Shown here one piece after another: positions 21,173 through 33,041 of a stretch of DNA of 64,000 nucleotides. Each line of letters opens with the position of its first letter. Position 1 is the stretch's first letter. The position numbers and the translations under genes are program-made. Source of the DNA: Candidatus Eiseniibacteriota bacterium (GTDB lineage Bacteria; Eisenbacteria; RBG-16-71-46; CAIMUX01; VGJL01); the NCBI GenBank assembly GCA_963792585.1, contig CAWBWI010000006.1, positions 288,001 through 352,000 of the forward strand. Reading direction: 5' to 3'. The notes beneath the pieces are model-generated. The model ran no database searches. It was not told where the DNA came from and worked only from the letters and a program-made list of their open reading frames with translations.

Positions 21173-22417
21173 AGTAGGCGCGCGCCTCCGCGAGGGCCGC
21201 GACGAGGGAGTCGACGTCGGCCCGGTCGTTGTAGACGTAGAAACTCGCGCGCGCCGTGGCCGGCACGCCGAGCCGCCGCATCAGCGGCTGGGCGCAATGG
21301 TGGCCCGCCCGGACCGCCACGCCGTAGAGATCGAGAATCGTTGCGAGATCGTGCGGGTGGATCACGCTGTCATAGAACGAGACGACCCCGGATCGCGCCT
21401 CCGCCTCGGCGGGACCGTGAACTGTGATGCCCGGAATCTCCGCGAGGCGCGCAAGCGCGTAGCGATTGAGGTCGATGTCGTGGGCGCGGATCGCCTCGAG
21501 CCCCAACGCTTCGAGGTATTCGAGCGCCGCGCCGAACGCCACGACGTCGGCGATGTTCGGCGTTCCGGCCTCGAACTTCCACGGAATGTCGTTCCACGTC
21601 GCGCCGTCGAGCCGCACTTCTCGGATCATCTCGCCGCCGCCGAGCATCGGCTCCGCCTCTTCGAGCAGTTCGGGCCGCGCCCAGAGGACGCCGACACCGG
21701 TCGGCCCGAGCATCTTGTGTGCGGAAAAGACGAAGAAGTCGGCCCCGAGCGTCTGACGGATCGATCCGGCATATGCGGCACGCTCTGCGCGCGCGTCGAC
21801 CAGGATCGGAACGCCGCGCGCGTGCGCGAGCTGGGCGATCTCTTCCACCGGATTGATCGTCCCGAGGACGTTCGAGGCGTGCATCAGCGAGACCAGCCGC
21901 GTCTTCGGACGTGATCATCTCCGGCACCTTCGACATGTCGAGACGTCCGTCGTCGGTGATCGGGACATGCTCGAGCACCGCGCCGGTTCGCTTGGCGAGC
22001 ATGATCCAGGGGACGAGGTTCGCGTGGTGCTCCATCTCGGTCAGGAGGATCTCGTCGCCCGGGTCGAATCGCTAGGCTCGACCCAGGAGCGCGCGACCAG
22101 GTTGATCGCCTCGGTCGCGTTCCGGGTGAAGACGATCCCGCGCACGTCGACGCCGCCGAGGAAACGCGCGATGTGGGATCGCACGTCTTCGTACGCGACC
22201 GTCGCCTCGTCGGCCAGCGTGTGGATCCCCCGATGGATGTTCGCGTTCGTCCGCTCGTAGTAGTGCTGCAGCGCCTCGATGACCGCGCGCGGCTTCTGTG
22301 TCGTGGCCGCGTTGTCGAGGTAGACGAGGCGGTGATCGTGGACTGCGCCGCTCGAGAATCGGGAAGTCCTTCCGGATCCGCTCGACGTCGAGTGTCCGAA
22401 CGATGCGGCGGCGCCAT
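21153..22417 (-). CDS. sufS: SufS cysteine desulfurase (several indels)
   Basis: Fragments in different frames: [71 protein letters not shown]. Confidence 0.9.
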
Positions 22418-22419
22418 AT

Positions 22420-22746
22420 CTCATCAGATCCTCCTCGATCTCCACGTAGACATCGCCGTTTTCGATGCGCACCGCGAACGTCCGCACCGGCGTGGCCGCC
22501 GGCATGCGGACCGCCCCGCCCGTGCGTACGTCGAAGCGCGCCCCGTGGCGCGGGCACTCGATCAGGCACCCGTCGAGGACTCCCTCGCCGAAGCGGCCCG
22601 TCATCGTGCGTGCAGACGTTCTCGATCGCGTAGATCTTGCCGCCGACGTTGCAGAGGGCGATCGACTCCGCACCCACTTCAAAGACACGGGCTTGCCCTT
22701 CGGGGATCTCCGAAACGCGCGCCACCAACTGATAGGTTCCGCTCAT
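22420..22746 (-). CDS. Rieske-type [2Fe-2S] ferredoxin (indel near 22590; 3' end approximate)
   Basis: CTHDDGPL in one frame joined to [22 protein letters not shown] in another: CxH...CxxH. Confidence 0.85.
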
Positions 22747-24003
22747 CGCCCCGCAACCTCCTCCAGTCGCGTCTCTCATCTCCCCGCGGATCGACTCGCC
22801 CAGCTCCTCCGGGATGTTCCCGAGCGTCGCCTCCAGGAATCCGGTGACGACCATCTTCGTCGCCGCATCCGGAGTCAACCCCCTCGATGAGAGGTAGAAG
22901 AGCTGCTCGGGATCGATCGGACCCGCCGTCGCGCCGTGCTTGCAGCGAACCTCGTCGGTCAGGATCTCGAGTTCCGGGATCGACTCGGCCTTGCATCCGC
23001 TCGGAGAGGAGCAGGTTGCGGTTCTCCTGGAAGGCCTCGCAGTAGGGCGCGTCGTGCGCGATCCGGATCAGCTCCGGTGTACGCCGACCGCGCCTTGCCC
23101 GCGAGCACGACGCGGAAGTCGATGTCGCTCAGCGTGTGCGCGCCGCGGTGGTCCTGCACGGTGTGGTGGTCGGCCCGCTGGCGACCGTCGCCGAAGCAGA
23201 GGCCGATCATCTTGCTCTCGGCCCCTGGCCCCTCGAGGATGGCGCCGACGTCGGCCTTGTACAGCCCGGCGCCGAAGGAGACCATCACGGTCATCAGCCG
23301 GGCGTCGCGATCGCAGCCGCGCGCGGAACATCCGGTGCGACGTCACGCTCGCGCCCCAGCCGCTGCAGCGGGACGTAGCGGATCTGGCTGTCGGGTCCCG
23401 CGAACAGCTCCGTCACCTCGTTGAGGGAGCCGCGCGCGCCGTCTGCGGGCCCGCACGATTCCTCCACGATCGTCGCGGCGGACTGCTCCTCCGCGATCAC
23501 GATGAGGTTGCGGATCGCGCGAAACGCCCCGTCGCCGGCCATGGTCGTCACGACACGGATCGGCTTCGCGAGAACGGCCCCTTGGGGATCCGGATCAGGA
23601 ACACGCCGGCCGACCAGAGGGCGGCGTTCAGATCGCTTCGGGCTTGCCGTTCTCCGCCGGAACGAGGCGCCCGAGGTGCGCCGCGACCAGATCGGGCATC
23701 TCGCGGCGCGCCTCGGAGAGCGGGAGGACCGTCACCCCGGATGCGGGGTCGAAGTCGACCACGACCGGATCCGCTGGCGGATCCCGGCCCCGTCGGGGAG
23801 CAGGAACTCGGCGGGATCGGTGTAGCGCCAGAGGTGGTTCGCGCGATCCGCAGCCGGCAGGGCCCGCTCGATCGCCCACGCCGCCTCGCGCAGATCGTCG
23901 AGCCATCGGGCCCGCGGGCACCCCTCGGAAGCTCGGTCTCGGGCCAAGTCCGACATGCTCACCGCGGATCTCCGAGTCCGCTGCGCGGCTTCGCGCCGAT
24001 CAT
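22743..24003 (-). CDS. sufD: SufD Fe-S assembly protein (multiple indels)
   Basis: Fragments [46 protein letters not shown] and MVVTGFL; position between sufB and the ferredoxin. Confidence 0.8.
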
Positions 24004-25449
24004 CAACCCACCGATCCTTCCATCTCGAGTCTCGATCAGCCGGTTCAGCTCGACCGCGTACTCCATCGGCAGCTCCTTCGTGAACGCCTCGATGAAGCCG
24101 TTGACGATGAGCGTCCGCGCCGCCTGCTCGCTCAGGCCCGCGGCTCATCAGGTAGAAGATCTGCTCGTCGCCGATCTTGCTGACGCGCGCTTCGTGCTCC
24201 ATCCGCACGTGCTCCTCGTCGATCTCCATCGTCGGGTAGGTGTCGCTCCGCGACTCCGGAGTCGAGGATCAGCGCGTCGCACTGCACGCTGACCTTGCAG
24301 TTCTTCGCGCCCCGGTGAGACCTTCGCGAGGCCGCGGTACGAGGCACGCCCGCCATCCTTCGAGATCGACTTGGAGGTGATCGTGCTGCTCGTGTTCGAG
24401 GCGGCATGGATCGACCTTGGCGCCGGCGTCCTGGTGCTGGCCCTTGCCCGCGAACGCGACCGAGAGGATCTCGCCCCGCGCCCCCTCGCCCACGAGGTAG
24501 ACGCAGGGGAACTTCATCGTCAGCTTCGAGCCGATGTTGCCGTCGACCCACTCGACGACCGCGTTCTTGTGCGCGACCGCCCGCTTGGTGACCAGGTTGA
24601 AGATGTTGTTCGACCAGTTCTGGATCGTCGTGTAGCGGATGTAGGCATCCTCCATCGCGATCAGCTCGACGACGGCCGAGTGGAGCGAGTTGGTGTGTAG
24701 ACCGGGGCGGTGCAACCTTCGATGTAGTGGACCCGCGAGCCCCGGTCCGCGATGATCAGCGTCCGCTCGAACTGACCCATGTTCTCCGCGTTGATCCGGA
24801 AGTAGGCCTGCAGCGGGATCTCGACCTTCGTGTCGGGCGGGACGTAGATGAACGAGCCGCCCGACCAGACCGCGCTGTTCAGCGCGGCGAATTTGTTGTC
24901 CGTCGCAGGGATCACGCTCGCGAAGTACTTCTGGACGATCTCCGGGTGCTCGCGCAGTCCCGTGTCCATGTCCATGAAGATCACGCCCTGCTTCGTCAGG
25001 GACTCGAGCACCGAGTGGTAGACGACCTCCGCTCTCGTACTGCGCGGAGACGCCGGCCAGGAACTTCTTCTCCGCTTCGGGGATCCCGAGCCGGTCGAAG
25101 GTCCTCTTGATGTCGGCGGGCACGTCGTCCCAGGTCTTCCCCTGCTCCGCCATCGGCCGGATGTAGTAGTAGATGTCGTCGAAGTCGATCGAGTTGAGGA
25201 GCTCCGTGTCCCCCCACGTCGGCATCGGCTTGGCGAGGAAGATGTCGAGCGACTCGTGACGGAACCGGCGCATCCACTCCGGTTCCTTCTTCATCCGCGA
25301 GATCATCTCGACGACCTCGTGGTCGACCCCCTTGCGTCCCTTGTGGAAGTAGGCCTCGGGGTCGTGGAAGCCCCACTTCGACGCATAGTCGTCCCGGATG
25401 TCGAGTCGCTGGCGCGCGTGCGGGCGTTTCGATCGTCAGACTTTGCCAT
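24003..25449 (-). CDS. sufB: SufB Fe-S assembly protein (multiple indels)
   Basis: [63 protein letters not shown] and HEARVSKI; ends EMEGSVG*. Confidence 0.92.
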
Positions 25450-25455
25450 CGTGAT

Positions 25456-26234
<779 letters not shown>

Positions 26235-26244
26235 GCCATTCCTC

Positions 26245-26772
26245 CTAGGAAACGCTCGGCGGCGTGGTCGCGCGCGCGGCTCTCGGCTCGTCCCAACCGG
26301 CTTTCAGCTCCGAATCGGTGATCCACGAGGAGCGAAGCCGCTCGTGGGCGAGACCCTCGGTGAAGGCCAGGTCGGCCAGGGAGACCTTCGTCAGAGCCGA
26401 GCGGACCAGCGAGTAGACGGCCACCCACACGCTGCGGACCGAGCAGTCCTTCGTGTGGACGCAGACTTGCTCGAGCCCGGTGTAGTTGGCGCAGTCACCG
26501 TGCTGGAAGATCGGTCCGTCGAGCGCGGCGAGTGCTTCGGCAAGGCTGATCTCCTGGGGCGCGCGGCTGAGCGCGTATCCGCCGCTGCGTCCGCGCGCGG
26601 AGTCGACGATGCCGGCGAGCCGCAGGCGACGCAGGAGCTTGGCGGTGTTCGGAACCGGCAGCCCCTCGCGCGAAGCGATCTCGGGCAACGTGAGCGAGTG
26701 CCCGCCCTCGTACACGTGGGCCAGTTGAAGCAGGCAGCGAAGCCCGTACTCTTCCGTGCTCGTGACCTTCAT
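26245..26772 (-). CDS. Rrf2-family transcriptional regulator (IscR-like, three C-terminal Cys)
   Basis: MKVTSTEEYGLRCL, RGRSGGYAL and DC...C.....C..RSVW; first gene of the suf operon. Confidence 0.9.
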   Translation of the reverse strand: MKVTSTEEYGLRCLLQLAHVYEGGHSLTLPEIASREGLPVPNTAKLLRRLRLAGIVDSARGRSGGYALSRAPQEISLAEALAALDGPIFQHGDCANYTGLEQVCVHTKDCSVRSVWVAVYSLVRSALTKVSLADLAFTEGLAHERLRSSWITDSELKAGWDEPRAARATTPPSVS

Positions 26773-26812
26773 GGTTCTCGTCCTCGATCCCGTCAATTCC
26801 CGACTCGATCTC

Positions 26813-26845
26813 AAGATCACAAATCTGTACTTCAAAGTCAATATT
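26813..26845 (-). promoter_or_regulatory. Putative sigma70 promoter of the Rrf2-suf operon with overlapping Rrf2/IscR-type operator
   Basis: Minus strand reads atat-TTGACT-ttgaagtacagatttgt(17)-GATCTT in an AT-rich island. TTGACT-n4-AGT resembles the IscR type-1 box. Confidence 0.5.
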
Positions 26846-26916
26846 ACGATTGAAGAAAGTGTTCACAGGCACGTTCGGTCCGGGGGCACTGCGATAACTC
26901 TTTCTACTGCCTCGCG

Positions 26917-27865
26917 TTATCGGATGCCCGTCGGAGGGCGCTGCCTGAGAAAGGGAAGCCCCGCCAAGCCGGGCAGCCAGTAGCCGAAGAGCGAGTAGAG
27001 CATGGCCGACCCCCAGGGAGATCTCCGGCGCGGCCAGCCCCGACATCAGGCGGATCAGGGCGGTGTCCCGCGTCCCCATCCCCGCGATCGTGACCGGCAC
27101 GAGGCCGACGAAGATCGCGGCTGGCAGGGCGGCAAGGACCCGCGCGAAAGGCACGGCGGCCCCGAGGCTCACGTAGAAGAGCCATGTCTGGACCACGCTC
27201 GCGAGCCAGTTGCCGAGGGTGAGCACGAGGACCCACGAGCAGGAGCTCCGGGGTGCGGAGCAGCACGCGTAGCGACTCGAGCAGCCGCTCGACCTTCGGA
27301 CGCAGTTTCGCCGGGATCGGCAGGCGCACGGAGAGCAGCAGGACGGTCCCGACCAACCCGCCGCCGAGCAGCACGGCGGATGCGATCGCAAGCGATCCTC
27401 CAGCCGTAGACCAGCGAGCCGGCGAGGCAGAAGGCGAGCAAGCGTCAGCACATCGAGCAGCCGCTCGGCGAGAACGCTGCCGAGCACGCTGCTCACCGGC
27501 ACGCGGCCGCGCAGGAACCAGGCGCGCGCGAGATCCCCCCCCTTCGACGGCGTGAAGCGTCGAGAAGGTGAAACCGGACATCACGATGGCGAGAAGAAGT
27601 CGAGAGATCGATCTCTCGTCCGATCCCCCCGAGCACCGCCTTCATGCGAAGCGCGGAGAAGATCGGGAAGGTGACGGTGAGAAGGCCGCCCACCACGAGC
27701 GGCATCGGACGCGCCCCGCGCAAGCTCGCGAGCACTTCCCCAAACGGCACGTTGCGAAAGATCAGGTAGAAGACGATCGCGGTGATGATCGCGAGGACGG
27801 CCATGCGCGCCCAGTCGCGCTTCGTGCTCCGCGGCCGACGGACCGATCTCCTCGGGGACGCTCAA
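26917..27865 (-). CDS. Lysylphosphatidylglycerol-synthase TM / flippase-like membrane protein (multiple indels)
   Basis: Fragments VLASLRGARP, SALRMKAVL, SVLAERLLDV and PVTIAGMGTRD (family hallmark); boundaries approximate. Confidence 0.7.
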
Positions 27866-29638
27866 TCCGTCTCCCCGCTCCGGTAGCCGGCGAAGCCCTT
27901 CTCGAGATCGATGACCCGCGTGATCGTGATCTCCCCCTCGCGGTTCAGCCGCTCGAGGTCCTGCGGCGGAGAGGTACGAGCCGTGCACCCCGAGCTCGAA
28001 TCGCTGGAAGTAGCGTGACTGCGGGCACGTAACGAACGCTGAAATCGTCGCCGATCTTGACCTTCTCGAATGCCGGGCCGCCGTTGCGGCGGATCGTGTC
28101 GGTCACGGCGACCTCTCGCCGGGCGCGAAGCGGATCTTGCGGCGGAAACGCGCGCGGCGACCGCGCCGCTCTTCGTCATCAGCATGCTGCCGGATCCAAC
28201 CCTTGATCCGATAGGCCATCGCCGTGTTCCAGCCCGACGATGAGCATGAAGAGACGGAATACGATGAACGTCCAGGGAGTGAAGAGCTTCATGACCATGA
28301 CGTGGTAGTGCCCCTCGACCTCGAGGAGGTCCCCGGTGTCGCGCACGCTGTGGGCTCGGGTCGATCCACTGCGTGGTGACGACCTTCCCGTTCGGCAAGG
28401 CGCGCGATCACGCCGCAGTCGCTCACGATCGTGCGTCCGTCCCCAACGCGCGCAAATCTGGAGCGTCCCCCCCTTCGCCAGGTTGACCGCGGCGTACGCT
28501 TCCGGCGTGCGGCGCACATGCATCCGCGCGGCGGGCCAGCTTCTTCCGGAACGGCGGTCCTTCGTGCGGCAATGCCGGCAGCGGCTCGACCCGCGGCTTC
28601 CAGTCGACGTAGGAGAGGAGGAGTTCGGGAATCCGGTAGAGGAAGTAGCGATCCTCCTGGATCTCGGGCGGCACGAGCTTCCCGCGCCAGAGAGAGCGCA
28701 GCATCGCCTCGGCCACGGCGGCCGCCGTCGGATTCTCCGGCGCGAAGAGCTCGAAGCCGTGCGGGTAGAAGTGCAGCGTCTGCCGGCTGCCCATCGCCCC
28801 ACCGTAGTGACCATCCGGGCAGGACGAAGTGGGCGCAGAAGTCGATCGCGCGCGCGCAGACCTTCTCGATCCGTTCATCCGTGTAGAGCTTGCGCAGCTT
28901 GGCGAGGAAGGAGACGGTCGCGGAGAGGTAGCCGAGTCGGCGCCGTCGTACTCGAGGCACCATCCCTCTTCGTAGCAGTAGCTCAGGAAGTCATCGAGCC
29001 GGACATGGAAACCCGCCAGGAGCTTCGGATCGTTCAGCAGGGCGTAGGCCTCGTAGATCGGCAGGACGCCATCGCGTGGTGGTTCGCGAGCACACCCGGC
29101 TCGTCGTACTTCGCCAGGAAGTGCCCCGCCCGCGCGACGCATGATGCGGAAACGCTCGTCCAGGTCGCGCCGGAATGTGCCCGTGCGAGCAGCCGGAAGG
29201 TAGTCGCACATCGCGTAGACCAGGAACCCCGTCGGACCGGCCCAGCCGCGCTCGTTCGGGTAGAACTCGTCGAACGAGCCGTCCGGTCGCTGGATCTCGA
29301 TCCAGTTCTCGATCGCGGCCAGGGCCCACAGCAGGATCTTCGGGTTGCGGTAGTAGGGGTTGTCCGGGAACGGTTGCGTGTAGGCGAGGGCGAGCGCATG
29401 CACACCGAACTGCGCGATCGAGGACGGGAAATCGACGCTCCGGCAGAGCCAGTACTCGCGGTTGAACGAGCCGTAGGTCCGCGAGAACTCGTTGCGGTCC
29501 TCGAGCGAGAGGAGGCGCGGAATCTGCGCGAGGCCACGATCCGCATACGCCCGGCGCAACCCCTCGCCCGCCGGAGGGATGAGGTCGTCGGGGACGATCA
29601 GCGGGGCTGCCGGGTGGTGACCATTCGGGCCGGTTCAT
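27862..29638 (-). CDS. Conserved hypothetical protein, probable alpha/alpha-toroid enzyme (multiple indels; start approximate)
   Basis: Coding-like fragments IPRLLSLEDRNEFSRTYGSFNREYW, QRPDGSFDEFYPNE, EEGWCLEYDGAD, GYLSATVSFLA and PDGHYGGAMGSR..HFYPHGFE. Confidence 0.6.
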
Positions 29639-29764
29639 CAGTGCTCCTCGCCGCCCCTGCTCATGGGGGCCCCGGCGATCCTATCAGAGGGAACGTCCGG
29701 CGCCACCGCTTCCCCGCGGGCTCGATTAGTGATAAAAATAACAAATACTAGAGATGAAATCTTG

Positions 29765-29793
29765 TTGACGACTTCGATGGAAGGCGTCATTCT
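29765..29793 (+). promoter_or_regulatory. Sigma70-type promoter with AT-rich upstream element
   Basis: TTGACG (29765-70), 17-bp spacer, CATTCT (29788-93); preceded by AT-rich tagtgataaaaataacaaatacta. Confidence 0.55.
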
Positions 29794-29799
29794 TCTCTC

Positions 29800-29928
29800 G
29801 TGTCGGGAAACCGACGAAAGGCTTCGGCGAGCCGACTCGCGGTCGGGGCCGATAACGAGAAGGTGAGGCGAGTCCTCACCCTTGCCCGCGCTACCTTTTG
29901 CGGCCAAAGGTGGTGCGGGCATTTTCTT
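29800..29928 (+). ncRNA. Putative structured small RNA of unknown family
   Basis: Hairpins tgtcgg-GAAA-ccgacg, ccgac-tcgcg-gtcgg (extended by tcggc/gccga) and ggtgagg-cgagt-cctcacc, then a terminator; lies between a promoter and a terminator with no credible ORF. Confidence 0.5.
29883..29928 (+). terminator. Intrinsic terminator
   Basis: tgcccgcgctaccttt...aaaggtggtgcgggca stem followed by ttttctt. Confidence 0.7.
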
Positions 29929-29952
29929 CGTCTCACCCGACACTCCACTGGG

Positions 29953-30981
29953 CTAGATTTCCCACTCGATTCGATATCCCGGCCCGCGTGCGTTGGCCGC
30001 CCCGAGCGCGCGCCGCTCCACCGCAGATAGACCCCACTCCCGCGGCCGTTGACGCCACCGATCCAGCCGATCGGCAAGGTCGCTTCGCCGATACTCGATT
30101 CCCGACCGACTCCACGATTCCTGGAGCTCGGGAGAGATCGAACGCGCGATGCGGCCGGCCGTGCAGACCACGGCGCGCGGATCGAGATCCGCCGCGACCC
30201 AGCGCAGACCGAGCCGGTGCGCGACGGCGGCCAGCGTTCCACTTCCGCACGTGAAGTCCCCGACCGACTCCCCCGCTTCGGTGAAGGCGAGAAGCAACCG
30301 CTCGATGAGCGCTTCGGGCTTCTGGGTGGGATAGCCGAGACGCTCGCGCGCGTCGGGCGCGATATGGCCGATCTCCCACACATCGTCCATCGACGCGTGA
30401 CGGAACCATCCCCCCTCATCGCGAAACTCCTCCACACCGGCGCGCCTCGCCCGGTGGGCGAGGTAGCGCTTCTCCGTCTGCCGATGAAATGTGTGCCCCT
30501 TGCCGTTTCGATATACGAGAAGCGTGTCGTGCTTCGCCGCGAAGCGGTCGCGCGCAATGCCGCCGCTCCGGTAGTGCCAAACGATCTCGTTCAGGAAGTT
30601 CGCGCCGCCGAGGCGCCGGTCGAGCGCGACGCGGACGAAGGCCGCGAGACGCGGATCGAGGTGGACGGTCAGGATTCCTCCCGGCCGGAGGGCGCCCAGC
30701 ATCGCATCGATGCGCGGCCCCCACTCCTCCCACCAGCGGTCGGCCCCGCCGCGGTCCGTGTACGGCTTCTCACGCCCGGCGAGTCCGGCGCGGTACGGCT
30801 GGGATCTGCCCGTCCCGAAGGGAGGGTCGAGGTAGATCAGGGCGAGCGATCCGTCACGGATCACCGGCGCCGTGACCGAGCAGTCGCCGAGGAGGAGGAG
30901 GTTCCGGCCGTCAGGGGAGAGGCCGGTCGAGTTCCCTCGAGGACCTAGCGCCATGCACCGACTTTCACGATCTTTCTCCAT
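29953..30981 (-). CDS. Orphan N6-adenine/N4-cytosine DNA methyltransferase (beta-class order)
   Basis: Catalytic IYLDPPF precedes FLNEIVWHY, GYPTQKPEALIERLL and SAM-binding DFTCGSGT. Confidence 0.9.
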   Translation of the reverse strand: MEKDRESRCMALGPRGNSTGLSPDGRNLLLLGDCSVTAPVIRDGSLALIYLDPPFGTGRSQPYRAGLAGREKPYTDRGGADRWWEEWGPRIDAMLGALRPGGILTVHLDPRLAAFVRVALDRRLGGANFLNEIVWHYRSGGIARDRFAAKHDTLLVYRNGKGHTFHRQTEKRYLAHRARRAGVEEFRDEGGWFRHASMDDVWEIGHIAPDARERLGYPTQKPEALIERLLLAFTEAGESVGDFTCGSGTLAAVAHRLGLRWVAADLDPRAVVCTAGRIARSISPELQESWSRSGIEYRRSDLADRLDRWRQRPREWGLSAVERRALGAANARGPGYRIEWEI

Positions 30982-31138
30982 CCGCGACTCCTAGCCGATC
31001 GGCAACGATCGGCACCCCTCAGCCCAAGCCTCGATTCGTTGACCCTGACGGATGGACTCGATACGATGAAGCGCAAATTCCGCCCCTGCCGCGGATACCG
31101 GGGCCCCCGGCAGCGGGTACGGAGCGGATGGAGGCGGA

Positions 31139-32402
31139 ATGATCGAACGGCATCGCTCTCCGTGCCGTGCGGCCCACCGTGCGGTTCGTCTCTTCTTCAT
31201 CACGTTCCTCTCTCTATCCCCGGCGCCCCTCCTCGCGCAAACGGACACGCCGGTCCCCCAGCCAACCCAAACTTCGCTCCCGGTCACGCAGGTACCCCCA
31301 CCAACCCAGCCTTTGCTTCCGGCCCCGCCTACCGGCATCACGGGCCACGACACGCCCAACGACCCCGGCGAGAGTATTGACATCGCATGGAACCCTAGCC
31401 CCGACGAGGCAAGCGGCCGCGCGAAGGTCCTGGGCTACATCATCGAACGCTCGACCGACCCGGCCGGACCGTTCGAGAAGGTCGGGCAAACCGTGGCGGG
31501 AACGACCGAGCTCACGGACAACTCGACCCAGGACGCCACCGGGTACTACTACCGCGTCCGCACCCTCGGCATCGGGGAGGCGGATTGGCCTGCGAGCGAG
31601 GCGGCAGGACCCTTCCAATCGAAGGGGCAGTGGTTTGACGTCCGCAAGTCCTCCACCCTGCTGCTCACATTCCTCTTCTGCTTGATGGTGGTCATCCTGA
31701 TCCACCGGGCGCGCCGCGGAGCGGTCTTCTACATCCGACCGATTCCGGGGCTCTCGGCGGTCGACGAGGCGATCGGCCGGGCGACGGAGATGGGCCGGCC
31801 GATCCTCTTCGTGTCCGGCTTGGGCACCGCCGCCGACGTGGCGACGCTCGCCGCCTTCACCCTCCTGGGCCGCGTGGCCAAGAAGACCGCGGAGTACCAG
31901 ACGCAGGTCATCGTCCCCTGCTACGACCCGATCGTGATGACGATCTCCCAGGAGATCGTCGAAGTCGTCCTACCTCGACGCGGGGCGCCCCGAGCTGTAC
32001 CGGCAGGACGACATCTACTTCGTGACCCAGGATCAGTTCCGCTACACGGCGGCGGTCAACGGGATCATGCTCCGCGAGCGCCCGGCCACGAATTTCTACA
32101 TCGGCAAGTTCTACGCGGAGAGCCTCGTGCTCGCTGAGACCGGGAACGTCGCCGGCTCGATCCAGATCGCCGGCACCGACGAAATCACGCAGATCCCGTT
32201 CTTCGTCGCCGCCTGCGACTACACCCTGATCGGCGAGGAGCTGTATGCGTCGAGCGCCTACCTGTCCCAGGAGCCACCACTGCTCGGAACGCTGAAGGCG
32301 CAGGATTACGGCAAGGCGGTCGGGGCGATCCTGATCGTCGTCGGGGCGGCCATGGCCCTCCTGAACCAGCACTGGTTCGTCAACTTCTTCCAGGTGGAGT
32401 AG
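31139..32402 (+). CDS. Fibronectin-III + DUF6754-domain membrane protein (one extra G at 31961)
   Basis: Signal peptide, P/Q/T linker, FN3-like domain (IAWNPS...GYIIERS...YYYRVRT), TM helix, then IRPIPGLSAVDEAIGRATEMGRP. Removing G31961 joins QEIV to KSSYLDAGRPELY...DYTLIGEELYASSAYLS. Confidence 0.75.
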
Positions 32403-32411
32403 GAGGACGCA

Positions 32412-33029
32412 ATGCAACGGGAACTGCCGAGAGCGATCACGTTCATCGCGGGGATGTTCCTCGCAATCCAGTACTTCATCCCGCATCGCTACTCCGGGAC
32501 GATCTACTCGACGTCGCTCAACTGGGACATCATCATCGGGATCTTCGCCATCATCCTGGGAATCACCAGCTTGATCCACTTCCACCTCAACAAGATCCGG
32601 CGCAAGGACGCGGCCTACCAGTACAGCTACGTGTTGCTCGCCGGACTTGCCTTCATGATCCTGGCGGGGACGTTCGGCGGCGCGGAGCGCAACAGCATCT
32701 TCCTCCGCTGGGGCTACACGGGCGTCTTGAATCCCGTCTCGTCCACGATGTTCGCACTCCTGGCCTTCTACATCGCGTCCGCCGCCTTCCGGGCGTTTCG
32801 CGCGCGGACGGCCATCGCCACGATCCTCCTGGTATCCGCCATCCTCGTCATGCTCGGCCGGGTCCCGGTCGGCGAGGCGATGATTCCGGGGATCGCGCAC
32901 GTGTCGGACTGGCTTCTGAACGTCCCGAACATGGCCGCCAAAAGGGCGATCTTCATCGGGCTGGGCCTCGGTGGGAGCGCGACCGCTCTCAAGATCGTGC
33001 TGGGGATCGAAGCCCCGCACCTTCGCTAG
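32412..33029 (+). CDS. Uncharacterised polytopic membrane protein (DUF6754 operon, subunit B)
   Basis: AGGAGG RBS; about 6 hydrophobic segments; TMFALLAFYIASAAFRAFRAR and RAIFIGLGLG. Confidence 0.8.
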   Translation: MQRELPRAITFIAGMFLAIQYFIPHRYSGTIYSTSLNWDIIIGIFAIILGITSLIHFHLNKIRRKDAAYQYSYVLLAGLAFMILAGTFGGAERNSIFLRWGYTGVLNPVSSTMFALLAFYIASAAFRAFRARTAIATILLVSAILVMLGRVPVGEAMIPGIAHVSDWLLNVPNMAAKRAIFIGLGLGGSATALKIVLGIEAPHLR

Positions 33030-33041
33030 AAGGAGGACGCG

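Noticed and set aside
29800..29880. Hammerhead ribozyme, c-di-GMP riboswitch or tRNA identity for the putative sRNA
   Set aside because: No complete CUGANGA/GAAA core, no GEMM GCAAA/ACGCAAAG elements, and no cloverleaf or TTCGA T-loop.
29800..30030. 76-aa ORF starting at the predicted transcription start
   Set aside because: It runs through a strong terminator and into the antisense strand of the MTase, with no recognisable protein features.
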